Positions 10,453 to 24,100 of a stretch of 64,000 bases of DNA are shown here, piece after piece. The notes below the pieces were generated by a model, which was not told the origin of the DNA, ran no database searches, and was given only the letters and a program-made list of their open reading frames with translations. The stretch spans positions 320,001-384,000 of the forward strand of contig CAWJPJ010000007.1 in assembly GCA_963844715.1 (NCBI GenBank). Direction: 5' to 3'. Position numbers and translations under genes: made by a program. The DNA is from an uncultured Phycisphaerales bacterium (GTDB taxonomy: Bacteria > Planctomycetota > Phycisphaerae > Tepidisphaerales > Tepidisphaeraceae). Positions within the stretch are counted from its first letter, which is position 1. Each line of letters opens with the position of its first letter.

Positions 10453-11485
10453 TCACAAGCCAAGCTCCGCGGCCGCATGGACGCGGGCGAGCAACCTGGC
10501 GGCGTTGTCGTGATAGACTTTCTGGATTACATCGATCGGCAACGATAATCCCCGCAATCGCGGCTGCGCAGTCCTCAGGAAGATCGGGGTCGAAGATCGG
10601 GCTTGGACCGTCGTAATCGCTTTCCCACAACATGCGATGAGCCCAGAATCGGCTGGCGAGAAAATCGAAGCCGCGGTCATCCCAGCTTACCTGGTCGGTT
10701 CCAAATAAAATCCGGTCTGCGTTTCGAATCACGAACTGTCGCGCTTCGTCGCGCCGGGCGCTGATTTCGCGCACCATCCAGCGAGTGGCGCTGCAATCGA
10801 GATACAAATTCGGGAAACTATCGAGAAGACCCTGAAGGCGATGCAGGTCTTCCGGATTCCCTCCCATGTGAGCCCCCACCCAGGGCCGGTCCCGGAATTC
10901 CTCCAGCAGCCCGGCCCACATCTCGTAATGCTCGTCGCGCGTGCCGTATTCGGCGGTGTCCTTGTATTTTCCTTGATACCAGATTTCCGGGTCGCCCATA
11001 TGGCTCATGAAGATCATCCCGCGCGCGGCCGCTTCGTTGATGACCGGGCGAAGTTCGGGCGAGTCAAGCCGGATTTTTCGTTTGAACATCGTTCCCGGCG
11101 CCATATGAAATTTAATGATGCGGCTGCCCAGGTTGTAAAACGCCTCGAGCCGGCGGAGCCAGTCGTCGATGGTGGGGTTCTGCCACTGCGGGACAGTGAT
11201 GAAATGCAATCGCCGGGGCCAGTCGCGCTGGAGATCCAGCGCTTCCTCCAGCGGCCCCATCGTGCAGAAGGCATCAATGCCGTAATGATCGGCGGCCTCG
11301 AACCAGGCTTTCCCGTGCTTGGCGGCCAACAGGTGGCAATGGAAATCGACAATCTTCCCGCGAACGGCAGGACGCGGCATCGGCTTTCGATAATCGAGAT
11401 TGAGCCGGTTAAATTCGCGCGGATCGGCGGGCGCAAATGCCGGAGGCTGAGGCGTCGTTGTGGTCGTCGTCGGAGCGCTGCTCAT
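10453..11485 (-). CDS. Amidohydrolase-family metallohydrolase (3' frameshift)
   Basis: VDFHCH, IIKFH, SHMGDP, GAHMGG, LYLD, RILFGTD, and KVYHDNAARLL in the shifted frame. Confidence 0.8.
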
Positions 11486-11526
11486 GCACCAAAGCGTATG
11501 GCGCAATGCGCCGGCAGGCAACTGCG

Positions 11527-14500
11527 CTAACCGGGATTCAGGCGGTTGATAACCTCCTGCATCGGCGACAGGAGCGGATTCAGAGCGGTCATGGCCTGGT
11601 TGGTATCGGCGCGGAAGGTTCTGGCGTAATCGGCTACCGTGCGCAGAATCTGAATGTCCGGCTCCTCGGCGCGCTGCGTAAATTTGTTCACGATGGCCCG
11701 GAGTTGCTCCGTTCGGCCCGCTTCCTGCAGGGCCGGAGCGTGACAGAGACGGTCAAACTCGGCGAGCTTGGCGGTCAGCTCCTGCCCTTTTTGCTCAACC
11801 TTGACGGAACTGGTCTGTATGAGGGTGGAGTTGCGCGCGGTGGCGGCTTTTGCATATTCCGTGATCGAGGCCAAAAGCTGTTTTGCCGGGGCGGCCAGGC
11901 CGGTTGCGGCATCGGTTATGCGCATCTCGATCTGACGGACCAGGCGGTCGACGCGCGGGTCAACGGGAGAGGCGTCGGCGGGCTTCTCATCCACGCCGAA
12001 GGTGTTCCGATCTTCCTCAGGCCCGTCAAGAATCGCGGCTTGCTGCCAGGAGGCGGCAGCTTGCACGCCCGTAAAGGTATAGAGCGGACCGAGGCGCCAG
12101 GTAATGGGCCTGGATGCGATCCCAGTCGCGATCAAGCATCGCCTCGATCTTCGAGACGATTAGGGATTCGTCGCCGACCAGATCACCCTGCGGGGCCGGG
12201 CGGATCAGCATGTTGTGCAGATATTTAAAAAGAAGGATGTCCAGGATGATGGTCCCCGCCAGGCACGCGGCGCAGATGGCGTCAACCGTCCAGTCGCGGA
12301 ACTGATTCTCAGAAATAGCCGCCAGGGCCAGGATGCCCGCGATGATCGTCGGGAGGAGCATGGCGTGATAAAAAGCGACGTCGGTGCGCGCCATCCGAAT
12401 TCCCAGGACTGCGTTGGCCCAGATCGTGGCGATGAGCGCCGCGATCCCGCCGGCAAAGAATGGATGCTCCACGACTTTAAGCGCGACGTTCTGAAACGAG
12501 CGATCGGGAACGTCCATGCCCCACAGAACGGCAAGCCCCACGAACGCCAGGCAAATGACCAGGCCGGGGAAAATTTGCATTCGCCGAACCCAGGATCGCA
12601 CCCGCGCGGCGTGTTGCAGGGGGGCGTCGTTGGACGGCGTCAGCATTCCCGCGGCGCTGGACAGTTCGAGGCTTTCCAGCCAGCCGAACGAATCGAAAAC
12701 CTCCTTTGCCTCGGCCATGTAAGCCGCGGCGAGTTTGCCCCGGAGGGCGCTGAGGATCGACCCGCTCTTGGCCTGCCATTGCGGCGTTTCCAGTCCGCGG
12801 TGGAGTTCGTGCAGACCCAGGCGAATCTGCTCCCCGTCAAGGAGCGTGGCGGCGCGCTTGGTCGGCTCCTGGCGAATTTTGGTGAAGGGCTCGGCGTCGG
12901 CGACGACTACAAGATTGTTCCCGACCAAAAACGCGCGGTAGGGATGCGAATCAAATTCGTACTCCGCGACGATGGCGTTGACGCGATAGAGGACAATGTC
13001 CTGGCGCGCGACGCGTCCCCAGAAATCGCGGCGGGCCTCCTGGGCGAGGCGCACCATGGTATTGCGCAACGGCCCGGGCGGAGCGGCTTCGAGAAATTTG
13101 TCGTCGATCACGTCGCCCGACAAATGGGCGACCACGCGATAATCATCATCCACCAGAACCGAGAGCGAGCCCTCCGCCGGATGATCGACCGGGGCCGATG
13201 ACGCATGGCTCCGCCCGTCCATGGTGCGAGTGATGAGCTTGGCGACGTAGAGCGGTCGATTGGAAGCCTGGCCGAGCGCGATATTCTGGTCGAGATCGGG
13301 CTGGCCCCCCGAGAGATTTGCCGCCCATTTGATCAGACGCAGGCGAATATTCGCCGACTCCCCCTCGTCCATTCTGCGGCCCTGAAAAAACAGCCGCAGT
13401 GCCAGGCGAAGATCATCCGGAGTGCGAACCTGCTTGGCGACCATCTCGTCAAAGAGTGCCTTCGGCTCGGCACGGGATCGCTCGTTGGGAATTCCCGAGG
13501 CCGAAGGACCCGGCGCGGGGGCGACGCGGGTTTCTTCCTCGACGCCGGGGATGCCGGTGTCGTCCTCAAGGGGAACGTCCAAAGCACTGAACGAATCGGA
13601 TGCCGCCGGCTCGGGGGCCGCGGCAATCGGAGTTCCCCGCCGCTCGGGCTGCATTTCCAGCTCCGGCTCGGGCGGAGGTGCCGGGGGTTCTACGACCCGG
13701 GATGGCGCGGGGCAGGGGCTCGCGCTGGAGCGGGGGCGGGCGCATGCGCGGGAGCCGGAGCCACCGCCCGCGCCTGCGACGGCGGTGCTGGCGCAGCCGA
13801 ATCGGTCGCGGGGCGCAAGTTGCAGAATCCCCTTCTCCTCCTGCGGATCGGCCGGAAGAGCCGCCAGGAAATGCAGCGGCGTCTCAAACCGGCGATCGCG
13901 CCGCGCGTACGATTTTCGGAAAACTTCATTCAGCCATTGTGGAACATCAGCGTTGAATTCGCCGGGCAATTCCGCGCCGCTGGGTCGCTCGCCGGTGAGC
14001 ATTTCGAAAAGCGTGACGCCGAGGGCGTAGAGATCGGTCCTCACATCCGGCGGCGTCCCGGTGCGCTGCTCGGGAGCGAGATACGCCATTCGATCTGCCC
14101 CGACAGACGCCGCGCCCGCGCCGGCGGCGGTGAGAGACATCGCGACGCCCACTCCGAAATCAGACACTCTCACACTGCCGGGCTCCGAGAAATTGCTGTT
14201 GACCGCGGTAGGCGTGAAAAGAATGTTTTCCGGTTTGATGTCGCCGTTGACGACTCCGCGCTCAAAGCCGTATTGGATGGCCGTCAGCACTTGGCGCAGA
14301 ATGTTGATGGTTTGCGGGACGGACAGCTTTCGCTGCGTGACCCACGGGCGCAGCGATCCGCCGGACAAATATTCGCTGATGAGGTAGGGCGGGTCCGCGT
14401 TCGGATCGAAGCCCAGCGGCTGGGCGATATTGGGATGCGAGAGACGGGGGAGACTGACGGCTGGCAGATTGAGATTGGCGATGTACACCTTGTCGGTCGC

Positions 14501-14626
14501 AATTTTGACCGTGGCGAGTTGATCGGTCCAAAGATGATGGTGAGCCCGCCAAACCTGCGCAGCGGGGCACTGGCCGACGGAGTCGTCCAGAACATATTCG
14601 CCCACTCGTTGTTTCGATTGAGGCAT
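11527..14626 (-). CDS. Membrane Ser/Thr protein kinase with degenerate motifs (frameshifted)
   Basis: NGDIKPENIL, SDFG, YLAPEQ, DLYALGVTLFEMLTG; Pro-rich linker; several TM helices; C-terminus continues in the 11527-12135 frame. Confidence 0.8.
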
Positions 14627-14731
14627 CAGGCCCCGCCAATTTTCTTTACGGCCCCGTTGGGACCATCAGATTAGCCGTAATGGATTCCACTGGCAACATA
14701 ATCTTAACTGCACTTCCGACAGAATATTGCG

Positions 14732-17544
14732 TCAATTGTCGCGTCCGAAGAGCACGCCCAGGGCGGCCACGATTCCTCCCAGCGCCATACCCAGATTCTC
14801 CGGTTTGACCAGACCGAAGGTCGGGACATGCAGCGAACCGCCGCACAATATAAGCAAGACGGCGGCGATCATGAAAACTCCCATCTTTTTCCCGCCAAAG
14901 AGGGCGGAGACGACCAGGATCGTCCCGGCAAAGCCGCAGGGATAGGAGCCTAGAAATTGCAATATATTGTGTTCGGTTTGCCGCGATACATATTTGTCGG
15001 CGGGTGTAGCCTGGACGGTAAGCGACTGGGGATGGTCGTTGATTGAGATCGAACCTCCGGACCCGGCATCCGAGGACGATTCACCGGCCAGCTGATCGCG
15101 CACGCCGCTGATCGTTTCGACCCCTTTTTTGCTCGCTTCCTGAAGGAAATGGGGATTGTTCTCGTACATCCAGAACAGGAAAGGGATCAGGAGCACCATT
15201 CCGGCGATAAAGCGGGCTTGCGAACCGAGCAGCAAGCCCCAGAAGCCGCCGTATTTCCTGTCGAGATAGGTGGCGCGCTCGCGGGGTTCTTCCTCTTCGC
15301 CCGCCTGCGCGGGGACGACGACCGGGGCGGGCGCCGGGGTTGCGGTTGCAACGGCGGCCGGCGCGGGCTGGCGGGGCGAGGGCCGTGGCGGAGCCGTCGG
15401 GGCGGCGCGCATCGAATCGACCGAGCGGCGGATTTTGTAACCCTGCGCAAGTATGTCGGCGGCGGATTTTTGCGCTTGCTGCCGCGCATCGATCTGTGCC
15501 ACCCCCTGGGCACGCAATCGCCGCTCCTCCACTTTGGCCAGATACCGCCGCTGCTTTTCCTCCTGCCGCAGGCGCATGCGGGCCTCGAACCAGGCAATGA
15601 TCGGGTCGCGCAAGCCGCCCATTTTTTGCGCTTGGCCCCGGCCGTTGTGCGCAGATAGAGCCGCCGGGCCCGCATCTTCGATTCGTACCCGAACAGCGAT
15701 TCGTAAAACTCCTCCCAATGGACGCCGGCGAATTTGCAGATGAATTGCCGGATGGTTTCCTCGTCCAGGCCGCGCTGGCGCAGCGATTTGAGCATCCCTT
15801 CGACGGGAATGATGTAGGTGCGCTTCTGGTCGTGGGCGAGTCGATCGATCGTGAAATAGTATGCCAGGGCAACGACCACGGCGGCGTTCAGGAAGCCGAG
15901 CACCCACCATTGTACGTCGAACAAAATCACGGCGCCGACGACAACCACCAGGAGGAGCAGCGCCCTGATCCAGTCGAAAAAGCTCGCACCGAAAATAAAT
16001 TGGCGGATTTTGCGGAAGAGATAGGTCCCGCGGGCGACTCCTTCGATGGCGACGTAAAATGCCAACGTGAAGACCGCCATCGAGATGATTCCAGCGGCAA
16101 ATTGGAAGCGCCGAGATAAACCAGCAGCGCGGCAATAGCGGCACAGAGCACAAAATAGGCGGGGATCAATTTGTTTCGGAGCGCCGCCAAGCAACGAGCC
16201 GTTGAACTCTTTGACCGCAAATTCCAGGGCTCGCGTGTGCTCTTCGCGGGGAGTAAATCGTTTGGCGTCCTGGGCGGCGACGCCGAAGAAATCTTCCAGC
16301 GCGGCGACAACCTCCTGCATGCTCGCATAACGATCCTCCGGCTTCTTGGCCATCATCTTCAGCAGAATCGCCGAGAGATTGGCGGGGATGTCCTTGGCGA
16401 GAGCTTCGGGAGGCGTTACCGGTTGCGTGGCATGCTTGGTGATGACTTCCACGGCGCTTTTACCGACGAAGGGCGGGCGGCCAGTGAGCAGGTCGTAGAG
16501 CGTGCAGCCGAGGGAATAGATATCGGCGCGGGCATCAACGCTAGCGGCGTCCTTGGCCTGCTCGGGGGCCATATAAGCTGGAGTCCCCATGGACAGCGCG
16601 GCGCCGGTGGCGCTGGCATCGCTGGCTGCCGTTAGGGCGGGGGACGCCGTGATGTCCGAAGCGTTTTGCCGCTTGACCAGCCCGAGATCGGCGACTTTCA
16701 CCAAACCCAGATCGTTGAGGAGTAGATTTTCCGGTTTGACGTCGCGATGGATCATCGCGTGGTCGTGGGCGAATTTCAGCCCGCGCACGGCCTGCAGCAC
16801 GTAGATCACGGCGGTTTCGGGATCAAGGCGTCCGGCTTCGCGGACGGCAGAGGCGAGCGTCTGCCCCTCGACAAATTCCATGCTGAAAAACTGCGTGGTT
16901 CGGTCCTCCCCGATGTCGTGAATCTGGACAATGTTGTGATGCGAGAGCTGCGCCGCGGCGTAGGCCTCGCGCGTGAAGCGAGCGATGAAAACGGGGTCTT
17001 GCGCGAGCTGGGGATTCAAGATTTTTACGGCCACTTTCCGGTCAAGAGAGAGCTGGCGGGCAAGATAGACGGAGCCCATCCCGCCCTGCCCGAGTTTTTG
17101 CAGAATCTCGTAACCGCCGAGGCGCTTGCCGGTCGCGCCAGGCGCGGACATCGCGGCGGCGGGGATGGATGCGGGTTCCGTGGGTTGCGTTCTCCGCGGC
17201 GGCGGGGGAACGGCGACGGCGGTCCGACCCGCCCGGGCCGGCGGCTGTGGCGCTGGAGGAGGCGGTGGAGATGCAGCGACCGTTGCGATAATCGAAGATC
17301 CGCCCATTGAATCGGCGGGGGATTTCCTTTTGGGTATCGGTTCGGTGATTCCGAGCGCCTTGGCGACGTCGTTGGTGACGCTCTCAGTGCGGTCGACGGC
17401 GACAATGAGCGGGGCCACGTTCGGGTCCTCGGAAATAACCAGAAGGAATTTCTTGCCGCACCCCACGCATTTCGGCCCGAAGCGGCCTACGCGTCCCCCC
17501 TTGATTTGCATCATGTGACCGCAATATGGGCATTGAACGGTCAT
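14732..17544 (-). CDS. Zinc-ribbon Ser/Thr protein kinase with multiple TM segments (frameshifted)
   Basis: CPYC...CVGC; LGQGGMGSVY, VAVK, HRDVKPEN, ADLG, GTPAYMAPE. Confidence 0.88.
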
Positions 17545-17698
17545 GCAACAACCACCCCGGATAAAGAAAATGACGGCGGCCTTGGCCCGAAGCCGCCGCC
17601 GGCAAGCTTAATCCAACGACACGACCGGTCAAACAAAAATTATAATTCGCGACGTCGCTTTGTGCCCCCGGGTTATTTTCTTGCCGCAGGGGGCTTGG

Positions 17699-19399
17699 AT
17701 GCGTAAGTTTGCCCTCGAAATGGCTGAAATTTCAGCATCCTCGGCATGGTTGATCCCGCTCCCCGGCGGGCCCGCGCTGTCGCCCCTGGAATTGCTGGCA
17801 AACTCCGACGGCGTAGTGATCGGACGCCACGAGCACTGCGACATTCCCGTACCGCCCGAAGCCGAGCAAGTTTCGCGGCGGCATGCGCGATTTTCATTGG
17901 AAAATAATTCGTGGCGTATCGTCGATCTGGACAGCCGGTGGGGTACGTACGTAAACGGCGTGCGGCTGACCCCGCACCGCGCGATGCCGCTCAGCGACGG
18001 CGACCTCGTTCGCATCGTTCCCTGGACCTTCAGCTTCAGCACGCGCGGCGTTCCCAAGCGCGGATTACAGGCTGTGGACGATCGGGACACTACGGTGACG
18101 ATGGTGCGCACCGTCACATCGATGCCGCACAAGCCGCTGCATGACGAAATGGTGAATCTCCTGCTGGAGAGCGCCACGGCGATTCACGCCGCCCCGGACG
18201 AGGCGACTCTCGCCAACGTGCTCATGGACATCGCCTGCCGGGGCACGGGATTGCCCAACGCCGCGGTGCTCGAGGCGCTGGACGCGCAGGGACACATTGA
18301 AGTCGCGGCGCAGCGGGTCGGCCCGTCGGCGCACGAACCGGCGGGAGCCGTCTTTAGCCGATCGCTTTTGGCCGCCGCATCCACCGGCGAAGTCGCGGAG
18401 CTCTCCGGCCTCGGCGCCGAAAACGTGGCCCAGAGCATCGTCGATATGCAGATCAACGCGGCGCTCTGCGTGCCGCTCATGCTCGGGACGGCGGTGGCGG
18501 CGTATCTGTACCTCGATTCCCGAAGCGGATGGGCCGGGGCCGCCAGCACCCTCCGCCCCAACGCGTCGGGTTTCTGCCAGGCGCTGGCGAAAATGGGCGG
18601 CCTGGCCCTGTCGAATTTGAAACGAATGGACGTCGAACGCCGCGCAGCGCAGATCGAGGCGGAATTGCACGCCGGGGCCGCGGCGCAGAAATGGATCTTG
18701 CCGCGCGGGCCGACCCAATGCGGCGCCATGGTCTGCGTCGGCAGCAGCCGGCCCGGCCAATACCTGGGCGGGGATTTTTTCGACGCACTGGTCCTCCCCG
18801 ACGGGAAGCTGGCAGTAAGCCTGGGGGATGTGAGTGGGCACGGCGTCGCGGCCTCGGTCCTCATGACCGCGGCTCAGGGGTTTTTGCACGCGTCATTGCA
18901 GAATCACGGAAACATCGCGCGGGCGGTCACGGATTTGAACGCCTTTCTTCATCCGCGCAGGTCGGAAGGAAAATTCGTCACGCTTTGGGCCGGCGTTTTC
19001 GATCCGACCGCGATGCGCGTCGATTATGTCGACGCGGGACACGGATATGCGCTTCTTTCGAAAGCGGATGGGACCTTTGATCAACTTCAAAGCGGGGACG
19101 GACTCCCGCTGGGGATCATGCCGGATTCAAAATATGCCACGGCGTCCTCACGGCTGTCGGCGGGACAGCGTGTCTTGATCATCAGCGACGGGCTCGTCGA
19201 GCAATTTGAGCCCGAGGCGTCCGCGCCCGAGCGGGGCGGCCGCCGGCAATTTGAACTGGCGGGCGTGCAGAAGGCGATGACCAGTGCGCAAGCGGAGCCC
19301 GGAGACGCGACCATCGAGCGCATTTTCCAGGCGGTCTTTCAATTCGCAGGAACCGAGAATCTGTCCGACGATGCGACGGCGGTCCTGGTCAACTGGTGA
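17699..19399 (+). CDS. FHA-GAF-PP2C (SpoIIE/RsbU-type) phosphatase
   Basis: FHA IGR...VSRRHA...DLDSRWGTYVNG; GAF ALCVPL...YLYLD; PP2C GGDFF, GDVSGHG, ISDGL, DDAT. Confidence 0.9.
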   Translation: MRKFALEMAEISASSAWLIPLPGGPALSPLELLANSDGVVIGRHEHCDIPVPPEAEQVSRRHARFSLENNSWRIVDLDSRWGTYVNGVRLTPHRAMPLSDGDLVRIVPWTFSFSTRGVPKRGLQAVDDRDTTVTMVRTVTSMPHKPLHDEMVNLLLESATAIHAAPDEATLANVLMDIACRGTGLPNAAVLEALDAQGHIEVAAQRVGPSAHEPAGAVFSRSLLAAASTGEVAELSGLGAENVAQSIVDMQINAALCVPLMLGTAVAAYLYLDSRSGWAGAASTLRPNASGFCQALAKMGGLALSNLKRMDVERRAAQIEAELHAGAAAQKWILPRGPTQCGAMVCVGSSRPGQYLGGDFFDALVLPDGKLAVSLGDVSGHGVAASVLMTAAQGFLHASLQNHGNIARAVTDLNAFLHPRRSEGKFVTLWAGVFDPTAMRVDYVDAGHGYALLSKADGTFDQLQSGDGLPLGIMPDSKYATASSRLSAGQRVLIISDGLVEQFEPEASAPERGGRRQFELAGVQKAMTSAQAEPGDATIERIFQAVFQFAGTENLSDDATAVLVNW

Positions 19400-21013
19400 G
19401 GGCCTCGCGCGTATCTCGGACCGGAGTCGGCCGGGGCAAAACAGACGATGGTGATTTCCGAGTCGATCACTTCGCGCGCGGTCTCAGCGTAGGACTTGCG
19501 GAGAACGGCTTCCGTTAGATTTTGCGGATCGGCCCACGCCAGGTGTGACTGAACAAGGATGACTTGCTCGAATGTCTGCGAGGATAGCCGGTCCTTGAGT
19601 TGCTCCAGGTCATCCTCGGCCAGAACGCGCATCATCGTGCGCGGCGGATCGTGCTCGAAAAATGCGGCAGGGACGCCTGTGGTTTGGTCCGTCGGAAGAT
19701 AGCGGTAGTAGTAATCGAACGGGAGTTCGCCATCGCTGGCGACGAAGACAATCAGGCGCGGACTGGGGGGTAGATCGCGAACGAATCGGGCGGCGCCGCG
19801 CCAGTCTTCTTTCTTCTGCACAGTTTCGTAGGCGACCAGCGTGGCCAGAGAGACCAGCGAGATGAGGATTGCGCCGCCCACCACCCACCGGCGCGTCAAG
19901 CGCGGAAGATTCATCGACAGTGGGAAAAGTAAAAGCATCGGGGCGAGCGTCGCGGCGGGGAGGAAAGTTTTGTCCATGAGGATCGGCGTGCGGAGAACGC
20001 TGTAGACGGCGATGAGGACGAAGGGGAAAACGACCAGCGCCGCCAATGCCAGGGCATTGCGAAGGCGCGGGCCGCGGAGGTGCGCGAAAACGACCAGCGC
20101 CGATGCGCCCACGAGCAGCAGCCCAAACACGATCGGGGTGCTTTGGACCTGAAGGGGAATGTGCGCGCGGGCAAACGTGTGGTTCCAGTAAAAGTAGGGA
20201 GGGATATCGAATATCCAAACCAAAATCATCAGCGCGCCGCCCAGAGTCGGAGGCGGGAGCCAGAAACCTCCGTTGACAAGATGGAGCTGCGCCGGAAGCG
20301 CGAAGATAGCCCACGGAGAATACAGCAGCGCGATGCCAAAGAGGGTCAGAACGGAGTCGCCAAGGCGCCGTCGGAGCGAGTGGTCCGACGGCAAGATAAG
20401 CCACGCGAGGAACAACGCGGGCAGGTAAACGAGCATCGTGTTGTGCGTGTACAAGGCGGCCGCGAGGAGAAGAGAAATGGGAATGAGCCAGTCCCGCCGT
20501 CGGGAAGCGAGATGTTTCAGAAGGCAATCGAGCGCCGCGACATATAAGAGAGCCATGAGTGCATAGCAGCGGGCCTCCTGCGCGTAATAGGGTTGGTGGA
20601 ATCCGATAGCGAGAAGCCAAACAGCCGCGGCAACCGCCGGGGGCGACACGAGGACCCGCCGGGCGATTCCCACGCTGAGGATCAGGGTGATGGAGCTAAA
20701 GACCGCCGAAAGGGAGCGAAGGGCCGCCTCGCTATAACCGAAATGCTGAGTCCAGCCGTGCAGAAGATAGTAGTACAAGGGAGGGGCCGTATCGGCCCGA
20801 ATGAGCCGGATGAGTTGGGAAGTCGAATGCCGAACCACCCAGGCCGTGTAACCTTCATCAAACCAAAGACTTTGCCGGCTCAGCGCAGAAATCTGATGGC
20901 GATTCCGGCGACGACTCCAGCCCAGATAAACGCATCCCAGCCGGTCCAAACGGGGCGGCGGCAGAGGGCGATTTGGCGCTTTGGGAAAGGTTTTGGTTGA
21001 CTATACTGGACAC
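19339..21013 (-). CDS. GT-C membrane glycosyltransferase (GT39/ArnT-like); 5' frameshift
   Basis: SLWFDE, PPLYY, YAQEARCY, EDWR motifs; many TM helices. Confidence 0.78.
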
Positions 21014-21170
21014 GGTTAGATACTGTCAGACGAATCAAACCGCAGAAAGAGGCCGGCGACCCGGATTTTGAGCACAGTCAGATCGGAAATATTTGTTAAG
21101 CGGACGGTAAATCATTAAGATTAACCGACTCAGCCGCTAACAAGCCGGCATTGTATCCAGAAACACTTTT

Positions 21171-24100
21171 ATGAGCGACCCGCAGCCCAAGAAGGGCCTT
21201 TACGACCCCGAGTATGAGCACGACGCCTGTGGCGTCGGGTTTCTTTGCCACATGAAAGGCAAAGCCAGTAATCGCATCGTCTTACAGGCGCTGCAGATGC
21301 TGGAAAACATGAGCCATCGCGGGGCCTGCGGCTGCGAGCCCGACAGCGGCGACGGCGCCGGGATTCTGGTTCGGCTCCCGGATGCTTTTCTGCGCAAGCG
21401 ATGCGCGGCGCTTGGGATTCACGCTACCTCCGCTGGGCCAATATGGGGTCGGGAACGTCTTCCTTCCGCAGGACGTCATCGGGCGGCGGGAATGCGAGCG
21501 GATGCTCGAAAAAATCGTCGCGGATTACGGAATGGTCGTCCTCGGCTGGCGCGACGTGCCGGTGGCGAGCAAACACATCGGTCCCACCCCGCGGAAATGC
21601 GAGCCCAGAATCCGGCAGATCTTCGTCGGGATGGGAAGCAACTTTTATAACCGGCAGGATTTCGATCGCCGGCTCTATCTCGTCCGCCAGCGCACCGAGA
21701 ACAGCATCGAGTTCAGCGATCTCCCCGAGGCGGCGCGACAGATGTTCTATGTCTGCGCCTCTCGGCCACGCGCATCATCTACAAGGGGATGCTCACCGCC
21801 GCATCAGGTACGACAATATTTCCCCGATCTGTCCGAGCCGGATTTTGAATCGGCGCTGGCCGTCATCCACTCGCGATTCAGCACCAACACGTTCCCATCC
21901 TGGGACCGGGCCCATCCCTATCGATACCTGGCCCATAACGGCGAGATCAATACCCTGCGCGGCAATCGAAACTGGATGCGGGCCCGCTACGGATCCCTTC
22001 AGTCGGACGTCTTCGGCGACGAGCTTCAAAAGATGTTCCCGATCCTCACCGAAAGCGGTTCGGACACCGCCACGATCGACAACGCCCTTCAGTTCCTCAC
22101 GCTCAACGGCCGCGAGCTGGCGCATTCGATGCTCATGCTCATCCCCGAGGCTTGGCAGAACAACCACAAAATGGATGAGGAACTCAAGAGCTTTTACGAA
22201 TATCACGCCTGCCTGATGGAGCCGTGGGACGGCCCGGCGAGCATCGTGTTCACCAACGGCCACCAGGTCGGCGCCGTGCTCGATCGCAACGGATTGCGGC
22301 CCAGCCGCTATTATGTCACCAAGGACGACTTGGTCATCATGGCCAGCGAAGTCGGCGTGCTCCCGGTCGATCCGCGCAGACGTCGATCAAAAAATGGCGG
22401 CTACAGCCCGGCAAGATTTTCCTGATCGACTTCAAGCAGGGCCGCATCATCGACGACAACGAAATCAAGCGCAGCCTGGTGGAGAAGCGTCCGTGGAAGG
22501 AATGGCTCAAGGAAAACATGATTCCGCTGGACGATCTTCCCGCCCCGCGGCACATGCGCGAGCCGGACCATCAGACCCTGCTCATCCGCCAGCACGTCTT
22601 TGGCTACACGGTCGAAGATCTGAAGATGATCATGATGCCGATGGCCTCGGTCGGTCAGGAGGCGATCGGCAGCATGGGCGCCGACACGCCGCTGGCGTGT
22701 TTGAGCGACAAGCCGCAGCTTCTCTACAACTATTTCCGCCAGCTCTTCGCGCAGGTGACCAACCCGCCGCTCGATGCGATTCGCGAGGAACTGGTCACCA
22801 GCCTCTACACGTATCTCGGCCGCGAAGGGAATCTGCTCAGCGAGGTCCCGAAGAACTGCCATCTGATCAAGCTGAAGCAGCCGATTCTTTCCAACACCGA
22901 TCTGGAAAAGCTTGCGCGAAGTGGCCGCACGGCGATTTGCGCGCCGTCACGCTTCCGATGCTCTTCAACGTCGCCGACGGCGAAGCGGGCCTGGAAAAAG
23001 CCGTCGAGGAACTGTGCGATGCCGCGGCCAAGGCCGTCCGCGAGGGCGCGTCGATCGTGGTCCTCTCCGATCGCGGCGTGGATGCCGAGCACGCCCCGAT
23101 CCCCAGCCTGCTGGCGACGGCGGCCGTGCATCATCATCTGATCCGCCAGGGAACCCGCACGCAGTGCGGCCTGGTCATCGAAACCGGCGAGGCGCGCGAG
23201 TCCCATCATTTCTGCCTCCTCATCGGCTACGGGGCCGGGGCGGTCAATCCCTATCTGGCCTTTGAAACGCTCGCCGATCATGCACAAGGACGGCATGCTC
23301 CCGCCGGAAGTGACGCTGGAGAACGGCCAAGAAAAATTACATCAAGGCCGCCAACAAGGCGATCCTGAAAGTCGCCAGCAAAATGGGGATCAGCACCGTC
23401 CAGAGCTACCGCGGCGCCCAAATTTTCGAGGCCATCGGGCTCAGCGAGCGGCTGGTCGACAAATATTTCACGGGCACGGCGAACCGAATCAACGGCGTCG
23501 ATCTCGACGTCATCGCCCGCGAATCCCTGCTGCGGCATCGCCACGGCTATCCCGCCGATCCGCGTCAACGGCCAGGTCCTGGACAACGGCGGGCTATATC
23601 AATGCCGGCGCGACGGGGAATACCACATGTGGAACCCCGACACGATCGCCAAGATGCAGCACGCCGTCCGCATCGGAATCAACAAGCCGATCGACGGCTT
23701 CAAATCCTTCCAGGAATACACGCGCCTGGTCGACGACGAATCGCGGCATCGCTGCACGCTGCGCGGCCTGCTGAAATTCAAGAGCGATCTGCGCGCGATT
23801 CCGCTTGAGGAAGTGGAACCTGCCAGCGAGATCGTCAAGCGATTCGTGACCGGCGCGATGAGCTTCGGCTCGATCAGCAAGGAAGCCGCACGAGACGCTG
23901 GCGATCGCCATGAACCGCATCGGCGGCAAGAGCAACACCGGCGAAGGGGGCGAAGACCCCGAACGGTTCAAACGCGACGCCAACGGCGACTGGCGCCGCA
24001 GCGCCATCAAGCAGGTCGCCTCCGCCCGCTTCGGCGTCACCGCCGAATATCTGGCCAACGCCGACGAACTGCAGATCAAGATGGCCCAGGCGCCAAGCCC

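Noticed and set aside
13205..14674. Long antisense/alternative-frame ORFs (also 61319-62392, 58031-59206, 32941-33834)
   Set aside because: These are shadow ORFs of GC-rich genes and have no recognisable motifs.
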